DNA of 63,779 bases, counting the filler, from Hausera hauseri (Eukaryota), in NCBI GenBank assembly GCA_046269625.1. It is 11 parts of 11 records of this genome, joined end to end, with 100 filler letters (N's around TTAATTAATTAA, not from the genome) between each part and the next. Parts side by side here need not be neighbours in the genome. Positions count along the whole stretch, not along the records: positions 59,818 to 63,779 come from JBJURY010855967.1; 10 more parts are not named here. One strand, 5' to 3'. Both the position numbers and the translations under genes were made by a program. The notes beneath the pieces were generated by a model that had not been told where the DNA came from, searched no databases, and saw only the letters and a program-made list of their open reading frames with translations. Shown piece by piece: positions 63,438 through 63,779 of the stretch (its first letter is position 1; every line of letters starts with the position of its first letter).

Positions 63438-63779
63438 ATGCGCAGTACACGCCCAATTTTTCTCGAGGATAGGAACCATTTCAATGGAAGAATGCTAACA
63501 TGTAAAGATCATATATTCTGCATTGATTGCCTCAAAACTTGGATGCGATACAACAGTATTTGTCCAATTTGTAGGACAGAATGTTATCATGTCGTTGTTC
63601 AAGATGACTATGAACAGGTAATATACATTGTATTGGTGCTGCCAGCGATAATTCATTCGGACGATGATGAAGACAGTAGTAGAGGAAAAATGAGAGTTCT
63701 GGCACAAAACCCTATAGTTCCCCTTGAAATTGATGCGTTTAAACAAAAGTTCATTTCACGAATTGATATATCGGTACTT
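63438..63779 (+). CDS. RING-HC finger protein (probable E3 ligase), open to the window end; first two Cys substituted
   Basis: MRSTRPIFLEDRNHFNGRMLTCKDHIFCIDCLKTWMRYNSICPICRTE..., with TATAAATA at about 63392. Not in the ORF track because it has no stop in the window. Confidence 0.72.
   Translation, partial: MRSTRPIFLEDRNHFNGRMLTCKDHIFCIDCLKTWMRYNSICPICRTECYHVVVQDDYEQVIYIVLVLPAIIHSDDDEDSSRGKMRVLAQNPIVPLEIDAFKQKFISRIDISVL

Overview
This is not a contiguous locus. Ten identical 100-nt spacers (44 N + TTAATTAATTAA + 44 N, stops in all six frames) join 11 short contigs of an AT-rich eukaryotic, probably invertebrate, repeat-rich genome, so adjacency across spacers carries no information. I found no host gene; the window is almost entirely decayed mobile DNA. 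(1) Several Maverick/Polinton (adintovirus-like) elements: a virion module (pX-like protein, integrase, two tandem minor capsid genes, core protein, major capsid, protease, terminal repeat), a second MCP+protease copy, protein-primed PolB with a neighbouring RING ORF, about 12 AGTAG(G/T)-type termini including stacked double termini, and non-coding derivatives full of ~300-bp repeats. (2) Two copies of a CsRN1-like Ty3/gypsy element. (3) hATm-like, mariner and MITE DNA transposons. (4) The best candidate for an undescribed system: a large, complex Ty3/gypsy family spread over five contigs. Its architecture, reconstructed from overlapping homologies, is LTR - tRNA-Arg-type PBS - gag(CCHC) - long extension - chuvirus-like class III glycoprotein - tail with PTAP and LYPx3L late-domain-like motifs - PR-RT-RH-IN - in-frame signal peptide + FN3-like type I membrane protein - splice acceptor - accessory ORF with a DEDDh-exonuclease-like domain and a RING finger running into the PPT/3' LTR. 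All copies carry stops or frameshifts. Family assignments come from motif recognition by eye, not from database searches.
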